A DNA stretch of 57,421 nt, filler included, from Asterionella formosa (lineage: Eukaryota): the NCBI GenBank assembly GCA_002256025.1. It is 4 parts of 4 records of this genome, joined end to end, with 100 filler letters (N's around TTAATTAATTAA, not from the genome) between each part and the next. Parts side by side here need not be neighbours in the genome. Positions count along the whole stretch, not along the records: positions 1 to 14,289 come from NKIB01006086.1; 3 more parts are not named here. The stretch is one strand, 5' to 3'. This document shows, in pieces, positions 1 to 12,264 of the stretch. Each line of letters opens with the position of its first letter. Position 1 is the first letter of the stretch. Below the pieces are notes generated by a model. That model searched no databases, was not told the DNA's origin, and saw only the letters and a list, made by a program, of their open reading frames with translations. Position numbers and translations under genes: made by a program.

Positions 1-1239
1 TGTCACTTGCTTGCTACAGAAAATGGAGAACAGCTGCCATGATCTGTTGATTGTTGCTTGCTGTATGGTGCCACTGACCAAAACCTCCAGAAATCTCAAT
101 GAGTTGCTTGTTTCTTGACTTGAATGCAAAAGGGATCGAAAACAGTGAAAAATTCAAAAGGGAACTAAAAATTCTTTGCAAACATCAGGACAATTGTGAA
201 AGAGAAATGAAGGTTCTTGGGAGGAGAAGTAAAGGGATACTTGCTTCTGGTCTCCTTGCGGGAACAAGAATAGATTGAACCAAACAATGTTGACAAATAG
301 ATACCTACCGGAAAAGGAAGCATTGCTTTCGGCATCATCAATCTATACACAAGCCTGCGCCACCTGATGTCGTCAATATAGCTCCCTTGACTTCATCAAT
401 GAAGAATTCGATAGGTGGAGCATGTGAGGAAAATCGGGGTTGAGGTTTTCTTGACGCCAACGTGGACCTGCTTGGCTGAACTCCTTGCAGATGAAGGCAT
501 TGAGTAACCTGCGCCTGTGAAGCCAAAGGATAAAGAAAAATCTATGACAAGGGTGCGTTGTGAGATAGTGTTTAGGAGGGGGGAGCAAAAGTTATCATAG
601 CTGAACGCATTTGAAACTTGTATAGACAATAAATGGTGGCATGCCATGGCTGCTCTTGGCTGACAGCTGCCAAGTCAAGTACAAACACAACGAGCAAGGG
701 TGCACAAAAGACAGTCCAATTTTAATCAACTGGCTGATACTTTTTTGTGAGACTCACCATTCTGCAATGGGGTGGACTTTGATCATTGCTTCGTTCATAG
801 CACAATCAATTCGAATGCTGTCCAGTGAAACAGCCAATGAAAACAATTGTGGCGAAAAAGCGCAGAACAGATCAAGAGATTTTATAGGAATTAAAATATC
901 AACAGCAGGGCATATATGATGCACTGCTCCTTGTGTAGACTAACTATATTTGATCATTTCCATATTTCATACTATGCAGGTGCAGCATGGATGACTCCTC
1001 CCGCCCTTTCATTAGATATGCAGCCATGTTGCGATAATTCTACAGGACCTATAGGATTGGTAGTCTGGTGGTCATCACTCCCGCATTGTATATACCAGTA
1101 GGAGTCATGTATGCATGCATGCTGCGATAATTCTTACAAGACATAAAAATTTGGTAGCTTGGGGGTTATCACTTCCGGACTGTATACAGGGAAGGAAGGG
1201 GTTGCATGCATGAGCAACAATTACTATGGTATAAACTAC

Positions 1240-2545
1240 AATCTCCAGCTCAAGGCAGCCGATGATTGGCTGCCTCAAGCTGGAGATTGTTAAGGGCTGC
1301 TTATTGGAAGCCAATACACACACTCTCCCGAGATACAGCAGGAGATTATGTCATTGCTACAAGGGTGTCAGTTAAGTGTCCTCCAGTAACCAGACGCATT
1401 TTACAGGTAAAGTCCATCTTGACATCATAAATGGCTGATATGTAGTGGGATCCATTTGTACCCTGCTGGGTGTTTATTACTCTTGCCTTGAATGTCAAAA
1501 TCAATGCAAACATTTTGCATTTTCTTTATGATTGCGTCATACCAAAGTGTATTGCCATTGATTCGATCAAGCTCAAGCGCCTCAGGAATAGTATTGGGGA
1601 GGCGTACCCCAAACTTGTAACCAGGTTCAAATAGGTGTTTCTTAGTAGGCTTGATCATACGATTCTGTCTCTTAATGTGTTCATGTAACCACCAGTCAAA
1701 TGCTGGTTCAGTATTGACGACCATCCCGAACTATGCCAAGGGTTTCAAGCTCAGCTTGCGAGTTCACATGATTGGAAGAGTAGTCAGCGAGTGTCCAATT
1801 TCGTCGGTCACCTTCCCAAAACGCTTTTGAAATATTGCTTTCAGCTTTGAGTATGCGACCATTACGGGAATTAGTTCCCTCTTTTGCAAGTATTAAGTTC
1901 AATCAGCATGCTCCCCTGGTGCCATCTGAGTGGAAGGACAAGCGGTCTACTACTAAAGGTTGCCCAGACCCGCTTGCCATCGTCCATGCAACAAGGAGTT
2001 GAATGAGTTCGTAGTTGTCAGGAGTGTTGAATGCTTCCCCTGTCAAGGGTGCATTGCAGATAATAGACTGGGAATCTCCATCAAGAAGTCCATGGTCCTG
2101 TTCGCTTGCAGGTTTCTCATTCTTTTGTCACTAATATGTAGCCTTACTGGACTATGGGTCAGGGGCTTTAATATCTATACTTCCGGATTGATATGGTTCA
2201 GCACGCTTGATTTAACCTGCATCCTTCAGTATGAGACAATTGTTCAACATTGAAATTGGAAGACTGAACATTGCCATATCCAACAATGACCTGCTGTTCA
2301 CGGATCCAATGACAAAATGCGTATAACTTGGTCCTCTGACTGGCAGTAAGCCTTGTTGCATTTGTGAAGCAATCAAGTATAGTGGCATCATCAAGAGGAC
2401 CAAGGTCGGTAGCAGATATGACATTGTCATTACGGAGTCCTGTCTGTTGAGCCGGAGTAAGTAGAACAGCCTGATCAAGGGCATTTTGGAATGCAGTTTC
2501 CTCCTCATTGTAGGGTTGAATCAAATCAATCATAATGTCCACCAT
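1240..2545 (-). mobile_element. Decayed Ty1/copia (diatom CoDi-type) LTR retrotransposon: gag and RT remnants
   Basis: Minus-strand peptides EPAFDWW..GYKFGVRLPNTIPEALELDRINGNTLWYDAI (1425-1724), IYDVKMDFTCKMRLVTGGH (~1380-1430) and SRESVCI..AALNNL (~1280-1330) match copia RT-region motifs. Gag-like peptides lie at 1710-2545 (NAPLTGEAF..N). Many stops and frameshifts; boundaries approximate. Confidence 0.85.
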
Positions 2546-2630
2546 GACTGCTGGTAGTTGTAAAACCAGTACTCGTTGGTCAATGATGCACCGAGAATGA
2601 AACACTGGTATTATGGCGGAAGTTTGGTAT

Positions 2631-2950
2631 TGTCGCAAAAAACGATCCAGTTACAGTGGGCGCAAAGCCTCCAATGATGTAGCAAAAGCGATCCAGTTAC
2701 AGTCGTGGGCGCAAAGACTTCAATGATTTCGCAAAAGCGATCCAGTTACAGTGGGCGAAAGGCCTCCCATGATGTCGCAAAACCGATCCAGTTACAGTGG
2801 GCGAAAGGTCTCCAATGATGTCGCAAAAGCGATCCATTTATAGTGGGCGCAAAGCCTCCAATGATGTCGCAAAAGCGATCCAGTTACAGTGGGCGCAAAG
2901 CCTCCAATGATGTCGCAAAAGTGATCCAGTTACAGTGGGAGCAAAGCCTC
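2631..2950. repeat. Tandem minisatellite, ~46-bp unit x7
   Basis: Unit TGATGTCGCAAAAGCGATCCAGTTACAGTGGGCGCAAAGCCTCCAA repeated head-to-tail with point variants and no unique spacers; lies upstream of the copia gag. Confidence 0.95.
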
Positions 2951-2955
2951 TGTTT

Positions 2956-2994
2956 CAGCTGAACAGTCGAGGTTAGAGTCGTGGGTCTGATAAA
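2956..2994 (-). other. Putative primer-binding site complementary to a tRNA-Ile 5' half
   Basis: The plus strand reads AGCTgaaCAGTCGaGGTTAGAGtCGTGGgTCTGATAA, resembling a tRNA D-arm to anticodon loop (CT-GAT-AA). It sits where a PBS is expected for the minus-strand copia. Confidence 0.5.
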
Positions 2995-3921
2995 CGTAAA
3001 GATCTAGTGGTGAAGAAGTAAAGATGAAACAAACATTCAACAAGAGGAAAGATCAAAATAAAAGAAGAAATTATTAACAAATGTTAAAGCTAAAGTATAT
3101 GTATCAAAGTGTGGCCATGTCAACACACAGTGTTACGTGTTATGCCATGTTGTATATACTCTAGCTGATGTCAGGTTATACTGACATCAACACATGCTGA
3201 ATATGACTCAATCATGACACAAGATTTAAACATATGCTTGTGGATGGTTGTAGTTGCCCTATGGCTGGATGCATCATGAAACTACATTGGGTAGCTATTG
3301 TAGCTACTGGTACAAAATAATTCTGGCTACCAGTACAACATAATGTTCTATATAAATAACAAACATATGAATAAAGTTTACATTGCTTGCCTAATTGGAG
3401 GAACCAGGTATACTGGTAGTCTTACACACCCACATAATAGGGGAGTGATATAGAGTGCCAGGTACCTGATACCAGGTACCAGGTACCAGGTACCAGCAAC
3501 ATCTGGTTTTGTGTATGCAGGCAGCAAATGTTGTTGACAGCTTACTTTTTTATTTGTTGGCTTACCGAACAGCCAAATGAAAGGACTTGCACACAGACAA
3601 ACAGACAGACAAGCGACTTTGGCAGTACGAAGTACTGGTACCACGTACCGGTTGCAACAAAATGGATTTACGTGTTGACGTATGCAGGGGTCTATCAAAG
3701 TCGCTGGCTGGACTGCCTACCGTTCATATGTCTATCCACGCACTGCCGATCAGCATAACGGGGGCGGCGTTCGGGTGGGTCTTCGCAGTTCAAAAAATCG
3801 AGGCAGAACACTGCGCATGTATTTATTTAATTAGCACGCACTACCGGTAGACTGTCCTAAACGTTTCATATTGGGAAGTCGTGCTTTTCGTATAAAAACC
3901 TCTCTCGCACTTCTTGGGACC

Positions 3922-4041
3922 ATGTCGTCGGCAGAAGAAGCAGCAACCATGATCAAGGCAGAGGACTTTCTTTACGATGCTGAAACTGAAGACGCTCATG
4001 GACTAGTAGAGGATGACGCAGACGAAAGCAACGTCGAAGAT

Positions 4042-4073
<32 letters not shown>

Positions 4074-5111
4074 AGACGACGAGGAAGAGGAAGAGGAGGA
4101 CGACGAGAACGGATCCGACGATGGAGACGAAGAAGTTCCCTCCACTCCCAATGCACATTCCGCCACACCCATCCATATCCAACCATACTACACCCCCTAC
4201 ACAACGTACTATCACCCCTATCCAGCGGAGTACCAGTCGGGGTACATGATGACAGGACCAATCAACCCGCATGCCTACACAGATGCTTCTACCATGGCGG
4301 ATCCAGTGACAGATACCCGCCGTAATCGAGGGGGGGTCACGGAACCCTTTCCGGAAAAGATGCACCGCATGCTTGACGGTACTGAACTAGAGGGATTGAC
4401 CGATGTTGTGGGCTTCTTTAGTCATGGTCGAGCATTTGCAATTCATAAGCCACGACGATTTGTGGCGGAAATCATGCCTCGATACTTTCGACAAACGCGG
4501 CTAACGAGCTTTCAGAGACAGCTCAATCTTTATGGATTTAGGCGCATTAGTCAAGGTCCTGACAATGGGGGTTATTATCACGAGCTATTCTTGAGGGGAC
4601 GACCGGGATTATGTGTCAATATGAAGAGAACAAAGGTCAAAGGTGCTCTCAAGCATAAGAGAGACCCCGAAGCAGAACGTGCGTATTGATTTATTCTTTT
4701 GGATATTTTTCGATTATATTTATTCCTCTTCTCTTCTTCTCACAATGTCCACCTTTTGCAGCCAACTTTTACGCCATGAGACCAATTACTGGGGCTGCTC
4801 CACCAATACAACAACCCGCCCAAGGCTATCATGTCTATCCTCCATATCCCTATTTTCCACCTTATACAGCTGCACAAACTGGTGGCTACACGTATGGTCC
4901 CTATTATTACCCACATTGGGGCTATCCGCCACCACATGGGTCGCCGGGGACACCAATGGGCACGCCTGGAGGCGACAGTCAAGAAGGCGATGAGGAGGAA
5001 CATCATGGGGACAATGATGACGCTGACACACCAACAAAGGACGAGAATAGGGACGAAGATGACGAAGAAAACGACGATGACAATGACGCAGAATTTGACG
5101 ATGACGAATAA
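3922..5111 (+). CDS. Heat shock factor (HSF-type DNA-binding domain) transcription factor; exons 3922-4678 and 4762-5111
   Basis: HSF DBD motifs FPEKMHRML, HGRAFAIHKP, MPRYFRQTRLTSFQRQLNLYGFRRI and YYHELFLRGRP. A GT-AG intron at 4679-4761 restores EPNFYAM. Both termini are acidic. Confidence 0.95.
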
Positions 5112-5688
5112 AGGTGGCTGCGGTGCCTGATGTATATCATTGGGAAATGAAGAGATAATTTGGGTTCTCAAAACAACAGTACGGGGCTATTAATGCAAAT
5201 AGATTTCATCAATAACAGATACTTAATTATAAGGGAAATAATGTATAATCTATATATTTTGCAGTAGCTCAAGAATAATAAATGATTTGGCAGAAGCAAA
5301 ACAGAAACCAATGCAGGAGCTTAGATACGTTCCGGTTGTTTATCACGCGAAACAATTTGGCAGTTGGTAAAGATGTTGGACGATCACAATCTCTGCATGA
5401 CGTCAAACTAAGCAGAACTTTTTTATTTATAAGGCCCATTCTGATCCAACGGCCAACCCTGATAAATCCTCACTTTCGAGCATTGCCACAGGACTTTTTA
5501 AGATAATTAGACTTTCACAGAATGTCTCTTCAGCAGTTTGATCCTTCACATCTCAGTACTCGTATTACACAATAGCTGGTACGTTTCGCCACCTGACATC
5601 TCAGACTTTCTGTCACAACCTGTACCACAACTCAGAGACTCTAGTGGTTGCCGAAACAGTTTGATAGCGTTCCAGCCTGAAAAGTCGG

Positions 5689-6117
5689 TTAATCAACGAA
5701 TCCACATTTAACACAAAACTTGAGGAGTTCATCTAGCTTCTTATAGATTCGCATAGTCTGTCCCTGCTTGCTCACTCGCAGAATTTCCAACCATTGAGCC
5801 TTGAGGGCTGCCCTTGTCTTGCGGTTGGACTTGACTGACGCTAAGAAACGACCCACGTCAGACTCCAACGAGCCATCCCATGATAGAAATTCATCACCAA
5901 GCTTGGTAATTTTATATCCAAACGGATGGTAGCCTGCTAGAATCCATCCACCGCCTCGAGGGAGAGAAGTAACAACTCCAGCCAATGGATCAATCGTATG
6001 ACGGCGGGCAATCCCAACGACCGTAGGACTCATGTTTTGGGGATTCAAGTGCACCGTCAGACAACATTGAAGGTGAAAGGCGAACCAAAGGTAGGAGAGG
6101 AGCTTGATGCGTAGCAT
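5689..6117 (-). CDS. Hypothetical protein with N-terminal signal-peptide-like segment (142 aa)
   Basis: Uninterrupted ATG-started ORF with gene-like GC, a hydrophobic N-terminus, an LPRGG motif and a globular-looking C-terminus. Confidence 0.7.
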   Translation of the reverse strand: MLRIKLLSYLWFAFHLQCCLTVHLNPQNMSPTVVGIARRHTIDPLAGVVTSLPRGGGWILAGYHPFGYKITKLGDEFLSWDGSLESDVGRFLASVKSNRKTRAALKAQWLEILRVSKQGQTMRIYKKLDELLKFCVKCGFVD

Positions 6118-6475
6118 TGTGGACGAGGAGTATGGCTGATTCCGAAGACAACGACCTGTATGATGGGATAAGGAATATGAAAAGCGACGGCAACAAGGTA
6201 AGTTGTCATATTAGCATTACTGTAATACCGTTAGCAGATTCATAATATTATTTTACTCATTGTACACCTATCAGTACTCACCTGTAGTTCGGGCCGGCGT
6301 TCTTGTAAATTTTGGATAGTTTATGATATATAATATCTGAAAAAAGTATCATGCAGCGGCAACTCGATTTATAGGGTTGTTCTTACCATTTTTCATCGGT
6401 TATCACCTCATATGAATTTTTTAAAATGTATCAGCAGCAACTGTAACTCGATTTGAACTGATTTTCCTCAATTCT

Positions 6476-8435
6476 CCAAATGATAAATGGAACATTCTCA
6501 TGTCAAGTAACTAGCTAATAATCAGATTGATGTTTCAAATCAATCAAAAGAAGATTTGCATCAACAAAAAGAGAACACGAAGAACAGGTTCTCAAAGTAT
6601 GATAAATGTGATTGAAACTAGGCTTTTAGAGTAAGCTTATCAGTTTAAGAAACAGTGAGAACTGACAGGCAGAGAAAGGTCAATAGGGAAAACTAGTGAG
6701 AAGGCTAGCAATGATAGGTATAAGTGCTAGTACTACTACAGGTAAGTTCTACGTAAGGAGATACCACCTGTCAGATGGGAAGGAGTAGTATGAAGCTTTT
6801 AAGCGAAGGATCTAAAGCATCATATAGCTACTCATGATGGTGGCTGATGATGAGGTGTCTGTATGATTGCCCATGTTCGATTGACAAATGAAGTGGCATG
6901 TTTGGAAATCAAAGTTCACTGCATACGCATACTACAAGAATTTCAACAGTATCCTAAATGGCGAAGAGGTTTCACAAGGAAAGAAGGATTCCAAGGGAAT
7001 GAAGGTTGAGTTGACAGATGCTCAAGAAAATCGCATAAGGCGTAATAATACTGTTGCATCATACACCAGATGTCAAAATGGACCTCTTGGTCATGTGAAC
7101 AGGCGGAGCAAGGAGCATTGAGTTTCCCTATGTAAATGCATGTGAAGCGTGCATGGGAGAAACTATTCAGTAGTACTACTTACAACTCTAACAACATGAT
7201 GAGTGCGTTTGCTGTGGACGAAGTGCACACTCAGAGAAAACGAGAACCCTGACATCTGGTATTTTGAGCTTGATTGTATTTGAGAATGGCTGATCACACT
7301 TACTCGAAGATTTCGGACAGTGCATAGTAGCTATGTGGCACACATGATCAACAATGTACCAGATGTCTACAAAAGTTTGATTGTGGGACAAGTCGGTCTT
7401 GCGCGATCTGCGCTGAAAGTCGACGAAGTCTAAATGGACATACAGGAGTTCTTTGACCTATGTGTTTGCGACGAGAGCAAGACGAACAAGAAAGAAGAAC
7501 AAGGCTTTGTCTTGTTTAAGGGCAAGTTTAAAGGCGATTGCAGGAAATGTGGCAAGTATGGCCACAAGGCCAGTGACTGCCGCAGTAAGGTCAAAACAGG
7601 CAAAACAAAAGAACTAACTCCCAAGCAGAAGAAAGAGAATCAAAAGACTATCAAGTGTTTTAAATGCCAGAAAATGAGCTCTTTGCAAGAGCTCAGAATG
7701 CACTTAGTAATAGTGCAAACATTAAACTAATAGAACACAAGAAACTAAGCAACACTACACAAGGAATGTTTGTGGCAGCATGTGTGGAATAGGTTACAAC
7801 GAGGAAGTTAATCTCGTTTGTGACCGCAAAGATCAGTGGTTACTTGACAGTGGCTCAAACATCCATATCTGTAGTGCGGACGAATACATTCTTATGGAAG
7901 ACAAAAGAAGAGCGAATGAAACAGATGTAGTGGGAGAAGGGACTGAAATAAAGTCCACTGTATCAAGAACCGTCACAATGATGATTACAGACAATGGTAA
8001 GCTTTTTAAAATAACCGATGTGCTTTATGCACCTGAGTTCAAACAGAAAATCATTAACATTGCCAGAATGATCGAAAAAGGTAACCAGGTCATCTTCGAA
8101 GACGAAAAGATGACAATCAAAAACGAAAGTGGCTATTTGATTTGCAAAAGGGATCAAACAATATGATTTGGAGGAATTTATTATGTCTAGGGGACTCCTC
8201 TAATCAAGAATGTGGCTACCGAAATTCAACAAGTCAATGAGCATATGACACTAATGAATGACGACAACAAAGCAACGAAAACGAGTGGAAGACAGTCGAA
8301 GCAAAGAAAACGAACAAAAGAAAAGGGGTAAGTGGAATATTAATGACAGTAATATAATTATGAAAAAGGTGAGCGATTGTTGATGTGAACGAAGCTCATG
8401 ATATCATGTTGGGGCACATGCTGGGAGAAAAATGT
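6476..8435 (+). mobile_element. Decayed, 3'-truncated Ty1/copia retrotransposon (LTR-like segment, gag, zinc knuckle, protease)
   Basis: Gag N-terminus WHVWKSKFTAYA (6888+), CCHC knuckle CRKCGKYGHKASDC (~7540), protease WLLDSGSNIHIC (~7840) and a pre-integrase AH..LGH remnant (~8395). Segment 6476-6790 is homologous to 54727-55030. Confidence 0.88.
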
Positions 8436-11400
8436 TGGAGGTTATAAAGACTCCAGTTGACCTTGAGAGTCTAATCAGTCAAGTCATGATGAAATCACTT
8501 ATGGGACTGAAAGTGGGATAGAAAATAGCTCATTGGAGTAGAAGTCTTGAATTTTATTTGGTAAGATTAAACTCCTATTGAGCTTGTCAGGCTCGTTAAT
8601 TGACTCAGCACCCTAATCTCCTCCTCCTCCTTCGTCCTCATTGTCATTCGCTATTCTATCCTCTTTCATAATAGGTTATGAGCTCAAGTTGTTTCCTTGA
8701 ACGAAATGACATTGTTAATTCGATTTCACCATTGGCGCCGACCTGTTTTACTGCTTGCTCAAATATTACAAACGTCCGTTGGTACATATTTGGGTGTCAC
8801 CGGCCACACTGGCGTATTTCGTGCTCGTGTACTTCTGCAGATACATACTACCTAGTACGTTCTCTTGTACTGAATAAAATACAAGCGTCCGTTGGTACAT
8901 ACTTAGGCGTCACCAAACAAGCCTGCACGACGTGTGTTTGAAATTTTATATACCTACATCCTTGTGTAGGCATTCCACCGGTATATTTAAACTGTTCTCG
9001 TGTACGTGCTGTTCTACCACCTCAAAATATACCTTTCGCTCTGTTGCCCTCATTATATTCTAATTGTTGAGTATATTTAGTATTTTATTTGTCATCGCTG
9101 CTCCCATCATCACACCTACATTCAAGCTACCTCTCCTTCTTCCACTTCTTCTCACAACTCATCAGGGACCCTTGTAGACTCAAGAATCTCATCCTCCCTA
9201 CACATGACTCTGCATTTTTGTGGCTACCCAAGCAACAAAGCTGACCTAATCCTCAGCCAAGAACATTTCCTCTTCCATTGATTCACCTGGTTTATTTTAC
9301 TTCCCACTTGCTTTAGCCTTTTGCAGCAAAAAGAATCTGGCATTTGTGATTGCCTATCTCCTATGCCAAGGGCTTCCTTTGAGTGCTGTTTTTGGTGTGG
9401 AACACATTGAAGCTTGAGTTAAGCTAATTCAACTCTGTGTAGACTTGCCTTCTGTTTCTGATCCTTTCCTTTGGTGCACAACCATCCACCTTCTTCCCCC
9501 TACTCTGCCTCTAGTCTTCCTACATAATCCTAGTTAAATTAATTCTCTTCTCTTTTTGATTCCTTCCTCTAATGTACAGGCAAACTACACAGACCCAGTC
9601 CCGCCAGACTCATGTGCCACGGTACCACTCCCAACCCCCTTGACGCTCCACTTGGCTTCTCCCCATAATTCTTCCTCTCAACTCTCTCATTCTTCACCAC
9701 CTGTAGAGACATATGTCACAGTTTGTCCTTTTCGCGTTTCTGCTCCACAATATCATGATCTCCGGACCCAACTTGGTTCTTCCCCATGCCAAGTTCCTCT
9801 TCCTGATTCTCCTCCTGCAATTCCACCCATGGATTTTTCTGTCTCCTCTCATCCAGGCCACATAGAAGCACATATTACTACCAGAACTGGTTTTCCATGA
9901 TTTCACCACCAGTCACTCTAAGAACTCTTCCTCCCTCCTATTCTGAACCACCAACACACTTGGTCTATCTCCCACACCTTCCTTGATGATGCCACTTCTG
10001 TCCATAGCGCCCCAGCATTTGATTCTCAGTTTCACCAATCTTCGCCTCCTGCTTCAATACCTCTTACTATTCCTCTTATGCAGACGGAACTTGATGCTCC
10101 TCCATGGGAAACTATTGCCGCTGAATATTTCTGCAGACAAGACCACAGGATTTCCAGAACTTCTAGAACTGCTACCAAGCGCCCCATACTCTTGGGGATT
10201 CCTCCACATCCCTATGGATTGTCCTTTCCCAACCCATGTCCTCCTGATCCTGATCCAGATCCAGATGACAACTCCTCTCACAGTGATGTTCCTTCCACAG
10301 ATCATTCGACTTCTTCCAAACCGTCTGCAAATAAAAAGTATCATGCATATATGATCAAGGGTATTGTACGCTAAGTGGCACAGGACTTTCGTATATATCA
10401 TAATTTTTGGATCAAAACTATGATCAAGGTATCCTATCCTATAAATATGATGATATATTAATATTTTACTGACCTTGAAGTATAATGATAATGAGAACAT
10501 TAACATCACACAATGTATATCACCTGATCAACAACAGTTCTCATCAATATCATAAACCTTCTCATATTATTTTCACTTCTCGTGATTGCCCGATGTAAAT
10601 TATTACTACAACACATCCTAAAATCAGCTCAACTCTATTCTATCATGTGAATTGTTTCATCGTAAATCTATCATAAACATGATCATAATTCTAATCACAA
10701 TCATTGTTCAAAAAGGATTGGAATTGATCGTAATTTAATTAACATATTTTGCAATGATATTTCTGTTTCGACAGCTACCCGAGGAATGTTTCTCTCCTCC
10801 TCTCCACTTGTCTCAATTTATATAGTTCCTGTCTCGCCCTATTCTTCCTCTATTCGGAATCTTGTGCTAAGCAATGCCACACCAATGTTGCGTCCCTTTC
10901 CCTGCTGTTAGTGTCATTCTGAAATCGCCGACTATTCCGTTGTTTGATCGGTTTTATTTTCCTATGCAGTTACAGTAACAATGAGAAGGAATGAGTTGAT
11001 AGCTAGACATGTTACACTGACACAACATCACGCTATTCCATCGTAGCCTCTTGCTTGCTTCACTTACCACAGCCAAATCAAAGCAAGTGATGCATAAGTC
11101 TGTAATAGTATATTGTCAGTAAATTCTTGAATAAGCAAGTTTCAGCAAGTTTCAGATTTCCAACGTTGTTGAATAAAACTTACCGATTCATTTTCGATAG
11201 CTTAACTTTGAGAGAAGGTAAACGTGGCGTCTCCGTCAGTTATGTTCCATCAGGAGTGAATAGGTCCAACGACAAGAGCAGCACTTACCGATTTTGTTTT
11301 GCTTTACATTGGTGCTCCCCAACAAGTGAAACAACCTGTTGAATCAACTGAGAAAAAAAGAAATGTGCATTTAGTTTACAATTTGATGTTGTCCTGCCTC

Positions 11401-12036
11401 CCAACGATTGTCATCCAAGTACCACATTGATGGCTTCATTAACTTAAACATAATCCATCCTTCGAAGGCGCAATGTGTCGAAGCCACAAAGTTTTTCGTT
11501 ATTGCGTAAACATTACTTGTCATATGCTGTACTACGATATTTCTTTTCACAAAGCAGGCAGGCATTGTTTGTTAACATGACAGAACGATTTCAAATGTAT
11601 TTGCCATGTATATAGTAATAAAATTTGTAAAAATGTAAATATATTAAGTGTCGTATATTTATAAAATTCAAAGGCACTCTCAATCTGGCATGTCTGGTAG
11701 CTATTGTTGAGATGATCATATTTGCATATAGATAATTCGAAAATATTCAATGCACGATAGATCTATTGTTTTCCACGACTTTGTGTACCGGTACTGTTTC
11801 TGAAATTTTTTTCATCAATATTTTTTACGTCCGTTGGAACTAATTATTTCGTCCATTCAATTGGTGTAAGTCATAACCCATTGTATCATTATGTATACGC
11901 GAGGATTTTGGTAGCAAATTGTTTAAGCCCCTTTTTGGGCGGGAGTTCTTTATGTGTACCAGTACATCATACAACAATAGCATTTTATCACATATATACA
12001 GAGTACTTGTAGCAGGTAGGAAGTGATATACTGGGG

Positions 12037-12264
12037 GTAGTTGGAGTAGTAAGCAAGCCCCAGAGCACCATATGTTCATGACTGTTGCTACTGCAGCGGA
12101 ACAGTAAATCATCATAGTTTCAGGAATTGTATGATTGTAAAATTGAAAGAAAGTAGTCGGAGTAGTAAGCAAGCAACACAACACCATATGTTCATGACTG
12201 TTGCTACTGCAGCGGGACAGTAAAGCATCATATTTTTAGGATTGTATAATCGTATCATTGAAAA
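12037..12264. repeat. Diverged tandem duplication, 116-bp period x2
   Basis: GGAGTAGTAAGCAAGC..CACCATATGTTCATGACTGTTGCTACTGCAGCGG..CAGTAAA occurs in units starting at 12037 and 12153. Confidence 0.9.

Noticed and set aside
1..1100. Short ORFs at the window start
   Set aside because: No recognisable motifs; short and mutually overlapping.
2631..2950. CRISPR-like array
   Set aside because: Units are contiguous with no unique spacers, there are no cas genes and the context is eukaryotic.
3953..5171. Antisense and alternate-frame ORFs over the HSF gene (and similar shadows over other genes)
   Set aside because: By-products of GAY/GAR codon repeats and coding bias.
8433..8610. TGTTG..CA segment as 3' LTR of the 6.5-kb copia
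   Set aside because: No similarity to the 5' LTR-like segment, and the TG falls within residual coding sequence.
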